A DNA stretch of 64,000 nt, taken from NCBI GenBank assembly GCA_965215015.1, contig OZ244042.1, positions 480,001-544,000 on the forward strand. Reading direction: 5' to 3'. The position numbers were made by a program, and so were the translations under genes. The notes under the pieces are model-generated. The model did not search any database. It saw nothing but the letters and a program-made list of their open reading frames with translations, and was not told the DNA's origin. Positions 1 to 10,649 of this stretch are shown one piece after another. This DNA is from Candidatus Poribacteria bacterium. Its GTDB lineage: Bacteria > Poribacteria > WGA-4E > PCPOR2b. Every line of letters begins with the position of its first letter. Within the stretch, counting starts at the first letter, position 1.

Positions 1-125
1 GAATCACCACGACCCAAATACCGAGCAGGGCAACAGGTGTGTAGTAGAGTTATTTAGAGGTTGAGTATGGAAACTTAACCTACGGGTTACCTAATAACTT
101 GGGTTCAATACATCAGGAGGGAAGC

Positions 126-971
126 ATGTCAATAGAAGAAAAGCTATATCAATTGAAAATGAATGGCTATTGTGTCCTTGAGGAGATCATCCCGGCTGAC
201 AAAATTGATGAGATTCGAGAGAGTGTGGTGGCAGCGCAAACGGCACACCATGCAAAAGCAGAAGCGGAACTCGCAAAAACGAGGGCGAGGGGGCACCGTG
301 TGGGCGTTCAGGGCGTTGCAAATTTGAGAGGAATCATCAACGAAACCCAGACCTTCGCCCCGTACTTGGCAGATGAGCGAATTATGGGGCTTACTGAGAC
401 GTTATTCGGACCGTATGTGCGGATTTCCTGCACCGACTGTGTGATTAACTATCCGGGAAATGAGCGAGGCTACTGGCATTCGGATTGGCCCTACAATCAA
501 ACCAATGCAACACACATTCCCGCACCGTATCCGGACACAATCATGCACCTCTCAACGATTTGGATGCTAACTCCATTTGGACCCGAAACGGGCGGCACCT
601 ACGTCATCCCCGGAAGCCATAGAACCGCCGACAATCCTTCCGCAGCAGGGATAGTGGGAATCGATCGTGATGCCCCATATCCAACTGAAACGCAGGTTTC
701 GGGGCCCGCAGGTAGCGTATTACTCTACGACAGCCGGCTCTGGCATGCGGTACCACCAAATCGTAGTGATAAACCGCGTGTTGCAGTCATTGTCCGCTAT
801 GCGCCATGGTGGCTGAATCTGAATCCCACACAGATTGGAAATCCAGAACACACCCAAATGGTAATCGAGACGGACGGAAAAAATTACGATTCTCCCCTTA
901 TACGAGCGGAGGCATATAAGGCACTGCCTGATAATGTGAAACCATTATACCGGCATTGGGTAGAAACATAG
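126..971 (+). CDS. Phytanoyl-CoA dioxygenase (PhyH) family Fe(II)/2-OG dioxygenase
   Basis: NGY N-terminus, WHSD and distal LWHA facial-triad motifs; ATG at 126 follows GGAGG. Confidence 0.9.
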   Translation: MSIEEKLYQLKMNGYCVLEEIIPADKIDEIRESVVAAQTAHHAKAEAELAKTRARGHRVGVQGVANLRGIINETQTFAPYLADERIMGLTETLFGPYVRISCTDCVINYPGNERGYWHSDWPYNQTNATHIPAPYPDTIMHLSTIWMLTPFGPETGGTYVIPGSHRTADNPSAAGIVGIDRDAPYPTETQVSGPAGSVLLYDSRLWHAVPPNRSDKPRVAVIVRYAPWWLNLNPTQIGNPEHTQMVIETDGKNYDSPLIRAEAYKALPDNVKPLYRHWVET

Positions 972-1136
972 ACTATCCGAGGCCGACACCATTAATAAAC
1001 CGAATTGCCCCTCTAATTTGGAAAGGAATCGCCTACACAAGCTACCTCTATACCCCCAAAAGATAAGAAACCGATTTGAAAACAGAGGGGGAAGGACAGA
1101 CACAACGGAGATATAATCTGACACATTTCCTTTTAG

Positions 1137-1358
1137 CTAGCATGGTCGCCGGACAATAAACACATTGCCTTCATGTCTAATAGGAATGGGAACCGTGAAA
1201 TCTACGTGATGGACACCGATGGCGTGCGACAGACGCGAAGCCTCATCAATAATCGCCATAATGACATTAATCCTGCATGGTCCAATCCTGCTTTTGCAGT
1301 TGCTCCCACAGGTAAGACACTCACGATATGAGGATGGCTAAAACAGGGCGTCCGATAA
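1137..1358 (+). pseudogene. 3' remnant of a TolB-like PD40 repeat protein with C-terminal AVxPxGK..(W)GxLK tail
   Basis: Manual translation LAWSPDNKHIAFMSNRNGNREIYVMD...PAWS...AVAPTGKTLTI*GWLKQGVR*; no start codon; internal TGA 1329-1331. Confidence 0.75.
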
Positions 1359-1401
1359 CTGCCATTATTGAGAAAACAGCGTTTGTCTCTTCCCTGTTTC
1401 A

Positions 1402-1806
1402 TTATTCTGTGTATTCATCAAAATTAGTGACCTTCCACTGTCCGTCAATCAATTCAGTGAAAATCACAGCGTTGCGAACCGCGTTTGAAAAGCTTGTGCC
1501 CTTGATGGTCAGTTGATATCTAAAGAATACGCGATTTTCGTCCTCAATTTTTTTCCCCACCTGCTTATACTCAATGTCTGGTTTCACATAGGATTGGTCA
1601 CTACCACTTCGGACTTCCCGTAAGAATTCGATTTCCGTTTCCAATTTTTCCTTAGCCAGTCCATCGCTCAAGCGTAACGCCATCCCTTGGTTTGCGTGCA
1701 GGTAGTAGTTATAGACAAAATCTTCTGCAACATCCTCAGGTGTATTCCTGTCCGAACAAGCAAATATAATCAATAAAAGACTGAAGCCGATCCATGCCCT
1801 TTTCAT
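1402..1806 (-). CDS. Hypothetical lipoprotein (NTF2/DUF4878-like size and pattern)
   Basis: MKRAWIGFSLLLIIFAC lipobox; PEDVAEDF and GQWKV motifs. Confidence 0.65.
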   Translation of the reverse strand: MKRAWIGFSLLLIIFACSDRNTPEDVAEDFVYNYYLHANQGMALRLSDGLAKEKLETEIEFLREVRSGSDQSYVKPDIEYKQVGKKIEDENRVFFRYQLTIKGTSFSNAVRNAVIFTELIDGQWKVTNFDEYTE

Positions 1807-1857
1807 GGTCTTTCCTTTCGCTGAACCGTTCAGCAAAGATAGCAATCCGCAATTTGC

Positions 1858-1886
1858 TTGACGCGGATTAGACGGACTGATATAAT
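1858..1886 (+). promoter_or_regulatory. sigma70-type promoter
   Basis: TTGACG-17 bp-TATAAT upstream of the gene at 1949. Confidence 0.7.
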
Positions 1887-1948
1887 GTCCGATAAGCCTC
1901 TTGACCTGATGAAGTATTCACCTGACGCTTGGCAAACAGAAAGGAAGA

Positions 1949-2797
1949 TTGATGACTATTCACCGCTGGTTTATTTTATTACAATTATTCTTACTATGTT
2001 TCTGCATCTATCTAGGGGGCTGCGACCGTCCACAGAACAAATTACAGACCAATTCTCTTGAGCAGTCAAATCAAACCTCCCAACCTGCGACGCCGAAACA
2101 GGGACCGAGAACTTTAGAAGGGTTCCAAGATGCAATCGAGTCCGGACAGGTGGGAACCATCAGTGGACGTGCACTGTTCAAAGGTGAACCCCCTCCGCCC
2201 AAAGAACTGCGTGTCACCTTAAACAAAAAGACGTGTGGGCATACATATCAATCTGAAAGTCTCCTTGTTTCTGAAACCGGTGGTATTCAAAATGTGGTCG
2301 TGTCGTTATTGAGAATCCCCACAGGGCTGCCGATGGAAACTGGCGACAAACCGATCCAAATAGACCAGCAAAAGTGTGTTTTTATTCCACATGTGCTGCT
2401 AGTCCCCGCCGGCGCAGAATTTGAAGCCTTAAATAGTGATCCCGTGTCGCACAACTTTCATACTATTGGTGCACATAACAAAGAAATCAACATCATGCAG
2501 ACCAAAACGAAAAGGAGACGGTTGCCCCTGACATTTTCCGAACCTGATACTATTGAGGTAATTTGTGATGTGCATAGCTGGATGAAGGCATGGATCATTG
2601 TGACCGATCACCCCTACTACGCACTCACGGATGCAGAAGGTCAGTTTCGGTTGGAAAATGTGCCAGAAGGGAGTTATCGTATTAAGGCGTGGCATGAAGA
2701 ATTGGGAACACAGCCGGTTCAAGAAGTTGTGGTTACCATCAATCAAGATACGCGGGCTGATTTTGAGTTTAGCCTATCCTCACAGGCAGCTCAATGA
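1949..2797 (+). CDS. Lipoprotein with cupredoxin-like and carboxypeptidase-regulatory-like domains
   Basis: LGGC lipobox; IDQQKCVFIPHV, NSDPVSHNFH, CDVHSWM, TDAEGQFRLENVPEGSY. Confidence 0.75.
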   Translation: MMTIHRWFILLQLFLLCFCIYLGGCDRPQNKLQTNSLEQSNQTSQPATPKQGPRTLEGFQDAIESGQVGTISGRALFKGEPPPPKELRVTLNKKTCGHTYQSESLLVSETGGIQNVVVSLLRIPTGLPMETGDKPIQIDQQKCVFIPHVLLVPAGAEFEALNSDPVSHNFHTIGAHNKEINIMQTKTKRRRLPLTFSEPDTIEVICDVHSWMKAWIIVTDHPYYALTDAEGQFRLENVPEGSYRIKAWHEELGTQPVQEVVVTINQDTRADFEFSLSSQAAQ

Positions 2798-3018
2798 GGC
2801 ACTCAATCAACTGCTCTCGCCTACAGAAATTTGCTAAAGGTATCTCTGACCGATTCACTTCGCTTTACGCCTCTGTGCAAAAAGAAAATCCACTATATCA
2901 TTTCCACTGTTCTCAGCAGGTTCGTGCTTATCCCATTCAGGAAGTTATCGAATAATAGCCTGTAATGCAATCAACGTCAAGTAAAATAAAGGCTCTAGCC
3001 TTGGGAGTACGTTAAAAG

Positions 3019-4119
3019 ATGAAAATTACCAAACTCGAAACGTTCCTGATTGCACCCCGCTGGCTGTTTCTGCGAGTGCATACTGACGAGGGAATCGTTG
3101 GCTTGGGTGAGCCGTATCTAGAGGGACGCGCCACAACCTCCGCTGAGGCGGTCAGGGAGCTTGAGGATTACCTCATCGGTCAGGACCCACGACGAATTAT
3201 CCATCATTGGGAAGCGATGTATCGACAACCGTGTTATCATGGTGGTGCAATTTTGATGAGTGCCATCAGTGGAGTCGAGGCAGCACTTTGGGATATTCTT
3301 GGTAAGAGCGTCGGGCTGCCGGTGTGGCAACTATTGGGTGGCCGTGCTCGAGATCGTATCCGTCTGTATAAAGGGGGCGGCTCCATTGAGCAGATAAAAG
3401 AAGATGTGGCGCGGGGGTTCAAAGGGTTCAAGATTGGGTTACCCGGACCGTATCCCAAGGTTCATGCCACAAAAGAGTTTATCGATCAAGCGGTTGCCAG
3501 AGTGGGGGAGATTCGCGACGCCGTTGGACCTTCCATTGACATTGCCATCGATTTGCACGGCGCATTTCTACCTGCTGCCGCGGTGCCAATCATCAAAGCG
3601 TTGGAGCCGTTGCACCCGGCGTGGATAGAGGATCCGTGCCAGTGCGAAAACTACGATGAAATGGCGCGAATCGCTCAATCAACAAGCATTCCCATCGCGG
3701 CGGGCGAGCGCGTTTTCACACGCTGGGCATTTCGTGAACTTTTGGAGCGCGGGGCGGCGAAAATCCTGAACCCGGATCCCTGCCATGTTGGAGGCATTTT
3801 TGAGACGCGCCTCATCGCGGGGATGGCAGAAATACACTATGCTGGCATCGCGCCCCACTGTCCACTCGGCCCGATTGCGTTGGCGACCTGCCTACAACTC
3901 GATGCCATGATGCCAAACTTCGTGTCTCAGGAGCATGTTACGCTCGGCGAGGGCTATCTCAAAGAACCGTTTGTTCCGATTGATGGGTACCTGCCGATTC
4001 CTGACAAACCGGGACTTGGCATTGAACTTGACGATGAAGCAATGGCGGACAAAATTGGTGCCATTTTCCGTCCACAATCCCCGTTACACCCCGAAGATGG
4101 AACAGTCGTCGATTGGTAA
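3019..4119 (+). CDS. dgoD: Galactonate dehydratase-like enolase superfamily enzyme
   Basis: MKITKLETFLIAPRWLFLRVHTDEGIVG, IAPHCPLGPIAL, EDGTVVDW termini typical of DgoD. Confidence 0.75.
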   Translation: MKITKLETFLIAPRWLFLRVHTDEGIVGLGEPYLEGRATTSAEAVRELEDYLIGQDPRRIIHHWEAMYRQPCYHGGAILMSAISGVEAALWDILGKSVGLPVWQLLGGRARDRIRLYKGGGSIEQIKEDVARGFKGFKIGLPGPYPKVHATKEFIDQAVARVGEIRDAVGPSIDIAIDLHGAFLPAAAVPIIKALEPLHPAWIEDPCQCENYDEMARIAQSTSIPIAAGERVFTRWAFRELLERGAAKILNPDPCHVGGIFETRLIAGMAEIHYAGIAPHCPLGPIALATCLQLDAMMPNFVSQEHVTLGEGYLKEPFVPIDGYLPIPDKPGLGIELDDEAMADKIGAIFRPQSPLHPEDGTVVDW

Positions 4120-4170
4120 AGTAGAAGGCAGTAATCATCAGGATTTATCAAAAATCCTTTAGGGGTAACC

Positions 4171-4190
4171 CCCCAAGATTTATCTTGGGG
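4171..4190. repeat. Short palindrome CCCCAAGATTTATCTTGGGG
   Basis: 9-bp perfect arms; loop and core resemble the dispersed CCGATWWATCGG unit. Confidence 0.5.
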
Positions 4191-4235
4191 ATATCCCCAT
4201 GCGTTTTAAGGCATTGAAAATGAGAACGTTTACTG

Positions 4236-4650
4236 GTGATGAGAAAGGGGATTCTCCAGGCATCTCTCTTATTGATCCCGGTTTTATCCCTTGTATATCA
4301 ATTTGGCAGGATTGGACCTGATGCAATAGGTCCCGGCGGTCAAGGTGCAGGTTTTGATCAGAAAAGATGGTATCATATCACAGGTGTCAAGAGGGACTCC
4401 AATCTGATAATCTATATCAATAGCAAAACAAGAGGTACGTTTAATGTTCAACGCGGTTTCCTTCAGGGTAAGGGGCACCTTCGTATCGGTGGAACGTCGA
4501 GCCGCCTTTTTTGTAATGGATGAGTTTAAGCTTTATGACCGTGTCCTAACTAAAAAGGAGGTTGAGTTGGATGCCAAAAGTCAACTCCTGCCGGTCACGC
4601 CCGAACGAAAATTAACAACCATCTGAGTTAATATTAAAACAGGTCGTTAA
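4236..4650 (+). pseudogene. Degraded LamG-like jellyroll protein with C-terminal VxPxxKLTTx(W)xxIK tail
   Basis: WYHITGVKRDSNLIIYINSK...LRIGG, frameshift, then MDEFKLYDRVLTKKEV...LPVTPERKLTTI*VNIKTGR*. Confidence 0.7.
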
Positions 4651-4702
4651 ACGATGAGACATCCGAGGTAGATTATCGGGAAAAGCAAACGGGAGGTGAT
4701 TA

Positions 4703-5917
4703 GTGTCCCGACGTGCAAACCACGTTGTAGGATATAGTATCCTCATCATTTTGATTAGCATGGGGACACGACAAACATTCGGTATTTATCTGCAACCGGT
4801 TACTGATGAACTTGGCATTGGGCGTGAACTATTTAGCTTAGCCATAGCCATCCAAAGCATCATTGGTGGTCTGCCGTTCGCGGGCGTGCTGGCAGATCGT
4901 TACGGTTCGCGCTGGGTGGCGATAGGGGGTGGATTACTATTCGGTGTGTCGATGTATCTGATGTCAATTACGACTCATTGGACCGGTTTGATGCTCGGTT
5001 TTGGTTTGTTATCTGGGGTGTCTCTGAGTTGTGTGTCGTATGTCGTTGTATTGGGTGCGGTGGCGCAGGTAGTTCCACCGGAACGGCGCAGCAGAACATT
5101 TGGCTTTATCACAGCCGCCGGTTCGGTTGGGATGTTTATTGTCGTGCCAGTCGCACAGCACATCGTGAATGCCTTTGGTTGGCGAACCACTTTTGCAATT
5201 TTTGGGGGATTTGTGGGCTTAATTGCCTTACTGGCAGTGGGATATCCAACTCGAAAGCAACAGGTTGCGGGGAGTGAGTCCACAGTGGAATCTTCCGATT
5301 CGCTTACTCAGGTGTTAGCTAAGGCAAGCCAGCACTCGGGATATTGGCTGTTGACTAGCGGCTTTTTTGTTTGCGGCTTCCACGTCTCGTATGTTGCGTC
5401 CCACTTACCCGCCTATCTCACGGATAACGGATTATCAGGGACAGCCGGAGCAACTGCACTCTCGCTAGTTGGGTTGTTTAATCTATTTGGTTCTACTCTA
5501 TTTGGTTACCTAGGTGATCATTATCGCAAGAAATACCTGCTGAGCGGTCTTTACCTGGGTCGCTCGTTCATTATCAGCCTGTTTCTCCTCTTTCCGGTAA
5601 CGGAAACCACGGCGATGGTTTTTGGTGCTGCAATCGGTTTTTTATGGCTGGCTACCGTACCGTTGACGAGTGGCACGGTGGCGCAAATTTTCGGTCCCCG
5701 TTACCTATCTACGCTGTACGGAATTGTATTTTTCAGTCACCAAGTGGGGAGTTTTTTTGGGGTTTGGCTTGGCGGCAGAATTTATGACGCGACGGGGATG
5801 TACACGCCTGTATGGATAATTGCGATTATCCTAGGCGTGCTGGCTTGCATCGTTCACCTTCCCATTGCGGATCGACCTATATATCCACTTAGGGCAACGG
5901 GCACGGCAATTCGCTGA
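4703..5917 (+). CDS. MFS transporter
   Basis: About 12 TM segments; GVLADRYGSR and GYLGDHYRKK motif A copies. Confidence 0.9.
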   Translation: MSRRANHVVGYSILIILISMGTRQTFGIYLQPVTDELGIGRELFSLAIAIQSIIGGLPFAGVLADRYGSRWVAIGGGLLFGVSMYLMSITTHWTGLMLGFGLLSGVSLSCVSYVVVLGAVAQVVPPERRSRTFGFITAAGSVGMFIVVPVAQHIVNAFGWRTTFAIFGGFVGLIALLAVGYPTRKQQVAGSESTVESSDSLTQVLAKASQHSGYWLLTSGFFVCGFHVSYVASHLPAYLTDNGLSGTAGATALSLVGLFNLFGSTLFGYLGDHYRKKYLLSGLYLGRSFIISLFLLFPVTETTAMVFGAAIGFLWLATVPLTSGTVAQIFGPRYLSTLYGIVFFSHQVGSFFGVWLGGRIYDATGMYTPVWIIAIILGVLACIVHLPIADRPIYPLRATGTAIR

Positions 5918-5967
5918 TATGGCATCAACTCAGTTGCAAACTTCTGAGGAAATGCGAGAATAAAGTT

Positions 5968-6432
5968 ATGGAATACAAAATCCCAATGCGCATTGTTGTT
6001 ATGAGTCCTCCGGTCGGAGTCAACTTCGCCTTGGAAAAGGACGGGAACTTGGTTTCGGTTACCCAATCTGTAGGGGAAGATATTGCGTTTGATTTTGACG
6101 CGGTTGTGAAACCGCATCGTAACACGGGCGTTCCCAACTTTACAGGGGCATTCGCCCGGGGAACTCCCTCGAAACGGTTCTTCTACGTCAATATCGGGGA
6201 GCTAGCGGGTCAGCCGGGTTGTGAATGGAGCAGAAGGGCGAAAATCTGGATTTCAACGGGCTATCCAAAATCTCTCCGTCAAGAAGAAGTAACTTGGCAA
6301 ATGGTGAAAGCAGTGTCCGAAAATCCGAATAGAGTGCTTATGGCGAGATATATGGGAACAGATAAAGACGGTGGGCCTAGCTGTGCGACTACTGAACTGA
6401 TAGATGGTGGGTGGATTATTGCTGATCGGTGA
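5968..6432 (+). CDS. DUF5990-like protein
   Basis: FTGAFARGTPSKRFFYVNIG...WSRRAKI...DGGPSCAT pattern. Confidence 0.65.
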   Translation: MEYKIPMRIVVMSPPVGVNFALEKDGNLVSVTQSVGEDIAFDFDAVVKPHRNTGVPNFTGAFARGTPSKRFFYVNIGELAGQPGCEWSRRAKIWISTGYPKSLRQEEVTWQMVKAVSENPNRVLMARYMGTDKDGGPSCATTELIDGGWIIADR

Positions 6433-6489
6433 TTGCCGATAAATCAAGTTGCGGGAAATTCGGATTTTAGCGATAGTCTCCTTCTCAGC

Positions 6490-6884
6490 GGCATGAAAAG
6501 CCTTTGGGGCGCAAAGCCTCTAACTTGGTTTTTTTAACTTTTTGCAGAAACTTAAGCACATTGCCCAAAAGAAGGATAGAGACATCCGTTTCATTGATAA
6601 ATGGTTATCCGTCAAGCAAAACACGCCATGTCTGTGGCGTAATCAATCCAGTCCTAAACCTTCGTTATAGAACTTGGCGGTGTCCAAGCTGCGATATACA
6701 GTTGGATAGAGACCGCAACGCGGCTATCAATATCCATCGGGTAGGGGCGTCTACCTTTGCAGGAGAGGGCGTCAGTCTCCGATAAATCGGAGCCCCCCTG
6801 ATAGCACAATTCCACTCCTAAACGAATAAGAATCTCAAGTAAACTTCGATCATATCCAATCTTTTAGGTTTGGGAGTGCGTCAA
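6490..6884 (+). mobile_element. tnpB: IS200/IS605 remnant: frameshifted tnpB 3' half plus right end
   Basis: GMKSLWG/RKASNL, YPSSKT, WRCPSC..LDRDRNAAINI; ends GGGAGTGCGTCAA. Confidence 0.8.
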
Positions 6885-6993
6885 ATGATTTACATACGCT
6901 CAATTGGTTTGGATATGTCTATCCAAACCGATCAGGATTGATAAATAGAACGCAAAGCGGCAGACAAAAAACACGCAAAACATCCCAATTTTT

Positions 6994-9081
6994 TTAGATG
7001 AATCGATAGGTTGCCTGCCCAAGAATCGTACCGACTGCGCCCCAGAAACTTGCGGTTACAAACTCTCCCAAAACGAGGCCGATAAAAAACGCGCTCGCCT
7101 GTCGATGCAGCCTGAGCCCACCGAATCGGAGGATGATTAATTTGGTTAACCAGCTAATGAAGATTGAAAACCATAGGAGGTTGAGCGACCACGTTCCCCC
7201 AATCACGTATCCTGCCGGATGAAAGGGCCACCAGATAAAAAGCCTCCGCATAATCAGAAATCCCAGTCCGATACCGAATCCCCCACCCATAAAGATTAAC
7301 GATTTGATATCCGTCCCCCTTGGATAGCTCAACCAGTTTTGTAGACGGTTAAAAATGGGCCAACCGGGCCACGTACTCCCTTGGTATTGATAGGCGGTGT
7401 GTAGGTAAGCCCAACAAGCAGCTATTGCTCCAACCACCGTGGCAATCAGGATGCCTGCGATCAGCATCCCGTTGATGGAAAGATTCATCCGATCCGCTAG
7501 CCGAAATGCTTCCAATTGATGTGGCTGGGGGTTGCTACGATGTGCATAAGTGAAAAAGTGGAGATAGGAAAATAGGGTCAGGCTCGTTGGCCCAATTGAT
7601 TGTGTGCCGAATCCTGTCACGACAATGTCTTCGGGGCGAAACGCGAAATCGTGCATCGGATAACCTGCTTCGACACGGATGCGCGTCACAACCGTTGAAA
7701 GCCCAAAGAAAATAAGGAAAAAGACCGACGAAACCCACACGGACATCCCTGCAACGTAGCAAAACCCAATGAGATAGCTAAGACTCGCAAAAATGCTAAA
7801 AATTGCCCAGCGATAGTGCTGTATTTCCGACCGGTTGCCCGGAATCTCGCGTAGCTGATCACCAGTGCTTTGCACCGTGGTAGGCATTCTAAAAAAGCTC
7901 CGTAGGATTTTCCGTCCGGTAGACCGTAGTCCCCACAATGTCATAAACAAAATTGCCGCGCAAGCACCGATGGATTGCTCCCATGTAAAGGGAAATCCGG
8001 CTAACATGCTGCCACCAGAGAAGACCGTTCCTCCTACCCGCTCGATTCGCCAAAGCCAATAGAAAAACCAGCAGGAGAAAGAGAGGTCTAGCGGCATAAA
8101 GAACGCTAGCCCAATTGCAAATGGGTGAAACTCAATCGGAATCCAACCAAGCGCATTCCACGGCTTTGTGGTAAAATATTGGCTCAGAAGATAGCGTCCA
8201 TAGAAGATGCTGGGGGCAACAGGGAACAGGGTATGAATACCGTTGACGAGGTTGAACACCACGGAAAGGGCGAACCCAGTCCAGATGAGACGTGTTTTGA
8301 AAAGACGAGGACCGTTGTTGATGATGTCTAACGGTATTTGGGCGAGAGGATAGCTGAGGCGTTCATGTGCTGTCCAGTGCTTGCGTACTAGGAGGTTGAT
8401 GCCCAGCATACAAACCAATAGTGCGATAATAACGGTGCACCATGCGAGACACGGTACGACCCAGGCGTTGAAGTATTCGGCAATATAAAAGGTGTTATCA
8501 TAAAATGTGCCACGGTCTTTGTAGTAGCCAGCCAACACCGACTTATCTGTGACAACAAGCCAGCGTGGTACATAGCGGTGGAAGAGTTCCTGCCAATCAT
8601 TCTCAGGCGCGGCGAAGTAGAAGGCGTGTCCGATAAGCGGGAACAATCGCTGGATCATGTCGTGGCCCGCGATGGCAGAGGAGACGCACAGCATCACGTA
8701 GATTAGCACCATGTCGCTCGAATCCAGTGCGAGCCTCGGAACATAACGCTTGAGCCACGGATTGATTAAACTCAAGACGAAGATGAGGAAGATCGCGTTC
8801 ATGAACAGCGACACCCGCGTGAAGTTCACCCCGTGTCCCGTGATGCCGGTGTCAACGACCCAGAGGCTGTTGATTGGCAGAACCACGAGACCGATGAAAA
8901 GCAGCTTGCAAATCTGCGCGGTCAGATTCGGTTTGGCTGGATGCTTTGGTGTCTGGAGCACGGATGATGAGGTGCCTCCTGTCGTTGTTATGCTATCACT
9001 AAATATTTGGGGGACCGTGACAGCAGCTACATCAAACGTGCCTCGTGAGAAGTGAGGAGTGACAAGCGACTTATTTCTCAC
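6994..9081 (-). CDS. DUF6785/DUF6784-type (OPT-superfamily-like) multi-pass membrane protein
   Basis: WTAHERLSYPL, RIRVEAGYPMH, PQPHQLEAF, WWPFHPAGY, GLVLGE; exact start uncertain. Confidence 0.75.
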   Translation of the reverse strand: MRNKSLVTPHFSRGTFDVAAVTVPQIFSDSITTTGGTSSSVLQTPKHPAKPNLTAQICKLLFIGLVVLPINSLWVVDTGITGHGVNFTRVSLFMNAIFLIFVLSLINPWLKRYVPRLALDSSDMVLIYVMLCVSSAIAGHDMIQRLFPLIGHAFYFAAPENDWQELFHRYVPRWLVVTDKSVLAGYYKDRGTFYDNTFYIAEYFNAWVVPCLAWCTVIIALLVCMLGINLLVRKHWTAHERLSYPLAQIPLDIINNGPRLFKTRLIWTGFALSVVFNLVNGIHTLFPVAPSIFYGRYLLSQYFTTKPWNALGWIPIEFHPFAIGLAFFMPLDLSFSCWFFYWLWRIERVGGTVFSGGSMLAGFPFTWEQSIGACAAILFMTLWGLRSTGRKILRSFFRMPTTVQSTGDQLREIPGNRSEIQHYRWAIFSIFASLSYLIGFCYVAGMSVWVSSVFFLIFFGLSTVVTRIRVEAGYPMHDFAFRPEDIVVTGFGTQSIGPTSLTLFSYLHFFTYAHRSNPQPHQLEAFRLADRMNLSINGMLIAGILIATVVGAIAACWAYLHTAYQYQGSTWPGWPIFNRLQNWLSYPRGTDIKSLIFMGGGFGIGLGFLIMRRLFIWWPFHPAGYVIGGTWSLNLLWFSIFISWLTKLIILRFGGLRLHRQASAFFIGLVLGEFVTASFWGAVGTILGQATYRFI

Positions 9082-9109
9082 TCATCACTCCTTCACACTG
9101 GTTGGAGAT

Positions 9110-9970
9110 TCACTTGGTTTTCTGATTGTAGAGGGGTTTTTCCAGAATGGTCTGGGTTTCGTAGATTGAACCGCCGCGCTCCGCCCGAGGGAGTGCCATG
9201 CGAACTGGAGCCCCGACCATACGTACCTGATTCGTGAGTTCACCACGTAGGACATTGGCACTTAGAGCATCCCAGTCCCCTCCGCTCAACGGCCAGGCAT
9301 CAACGGCGGTGTAGGCGGCAAGTAGTAAACGGCGTGGCTTGCTGGAGGTATTAGGCGCAGAGCCATGGAGGGTGCGGACATGATGAATCGAAATCCCCCC
9401 GGCTTTGACTTCGACCGGAATGGCACCATCCGGCGTAAAATTGGAGTCAGTGATCGCACCGGCGAAACGGTTGTTCTGGTGGTGGTCGTAGATTGGTCCC
9501 TTGTGGGAGCCGGGGATGACCATTAGCCCACCATTTTCGAGCGACATATCGTCAATGGCAACACCGACCGCCAACACATCATCATTTGTATGGGGGTAGA
9601 ACGCCCAATCCTGATGCCATTCAACAGGGCTGCCAAAATCGGGGTATTTCATATTCAGTTTGCTGCCCATCGAGCGAACGCCGGGCCCAACTAATTGCTC
9701 AACGATGTCGATAATGGGTTCGTAACATCGCACCTGATCATAGACAATGTGTTGCGCTGCTGGATTTTTGATCCGGCGTACACGGGGAGATTCTGAGGAA
9801 TGGCCGGGTTCAAGATCAAAAACGTCAGTATGTTCGGCGACTTCACGGGATTTTTCGACGAATTCATCTGTCACACGACGAAGGTCGATGATATCTTGCT
9901 CCGAAAGCACACTTTCAACACCGATGTAACCATTTTCATGGTAGAAGTCGATCTGTTGCTGAGTTAACAT
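9110..9970 (-). CDS. PhyH family dioxygenase
   Basis: FYHENGY, WHQD, TLHGSAPNTS..RR; ATG at 9970 after GAAAGGAG. Confidence 0.9.
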   Translation of the reverse strand: MLTQQQIDFYHENGYIGVESVLSEQDIIDLRRVTDEFVEKSREVAEHTDVFDLEPGHSSESPRVRRIKNPAAQHIVYDQVRCYEPIIDIVEQLVGPGVRSMGSKLNMKYPDFGSPVEWHQDWAFYPHTNDDVLAVGVAIDDMSLENGGLMVIPGSHKGPIYDHHQNNRFAGAITDSNFTPDGAIPVEVKAGGISIHHVRTLHGSAPNTSSKPRRLLLAAYTAVDAWPLSGGDWDALSANVLRGELTNQVRMVGAPVRMALPRAERGGSIYETQTILEKPLYNQKTK

Positions 9971-10231
9971 AATGTAACTCCTTTCGCATGAAGCGATTGA
10001 AAAAGCCTGCGAATCAATTCGCAAGCTAAGCCCCTATCTAATCAACGTTCAATTGGAATTAGTAAACCCTGATTGAGCGATGAATTTGCCAATTCATCGG
10101 AAGCGGATGGCTGAAAATATACAGTCTTAGGAGTAGGATCTAATAGCTCAAGTCGTTTCGAGACGACTCAAATCTACTCACTATTTTAATATTGTACATC
10201 CAACTGAGGTCTAAATTCAACTTTTTTCTTA

Positions 10232-10539
10232 TAGGACTTACGCAGGTGAACGTTCAATCCCTCGTAGTTCGGTGATGAATCACCGGACACTACAACTCAC
10301 GACACCCGATGAATCGGGCAACTACAGTTCAGCCAATTAGGAGTAGGTAAGCTTCGCGTTCCCTTCCCCCGCAAGCAGGGGGAATAGGCTCAATGAGCCA
10401 GGAATTGACCGACACCCCACCGGGTTGCGTCCCCCCTTGCGGGGGGGATTAGAAGGGGGCTACGGCATACGGAGTATGCCGACTCCCTTAAAGACGCGGG
10501 TTGAATTGCGTTACTACAAACTCAAGTGCGTAACTTCCA
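10232..10539. mobile_element. MITE-like element family A, copy A1, filled with REP hairpins
   Basis: Ends TAGGACTTACGCA ... TGCGTAACTTCCA; collinear with 47729-47931 and 51094-51280. Confidence 0.75.
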
Positions 10540-10649
10540 CCTTATTTGAGAATGCTTCGACGCTGACCAGCGGGGCCGCCGTGACGTACCCTTTGGCGGT
10601 AAACGATGTGCTGAGATGCAGGATTGTTAATCCGGCAGACGCAGGGAGA

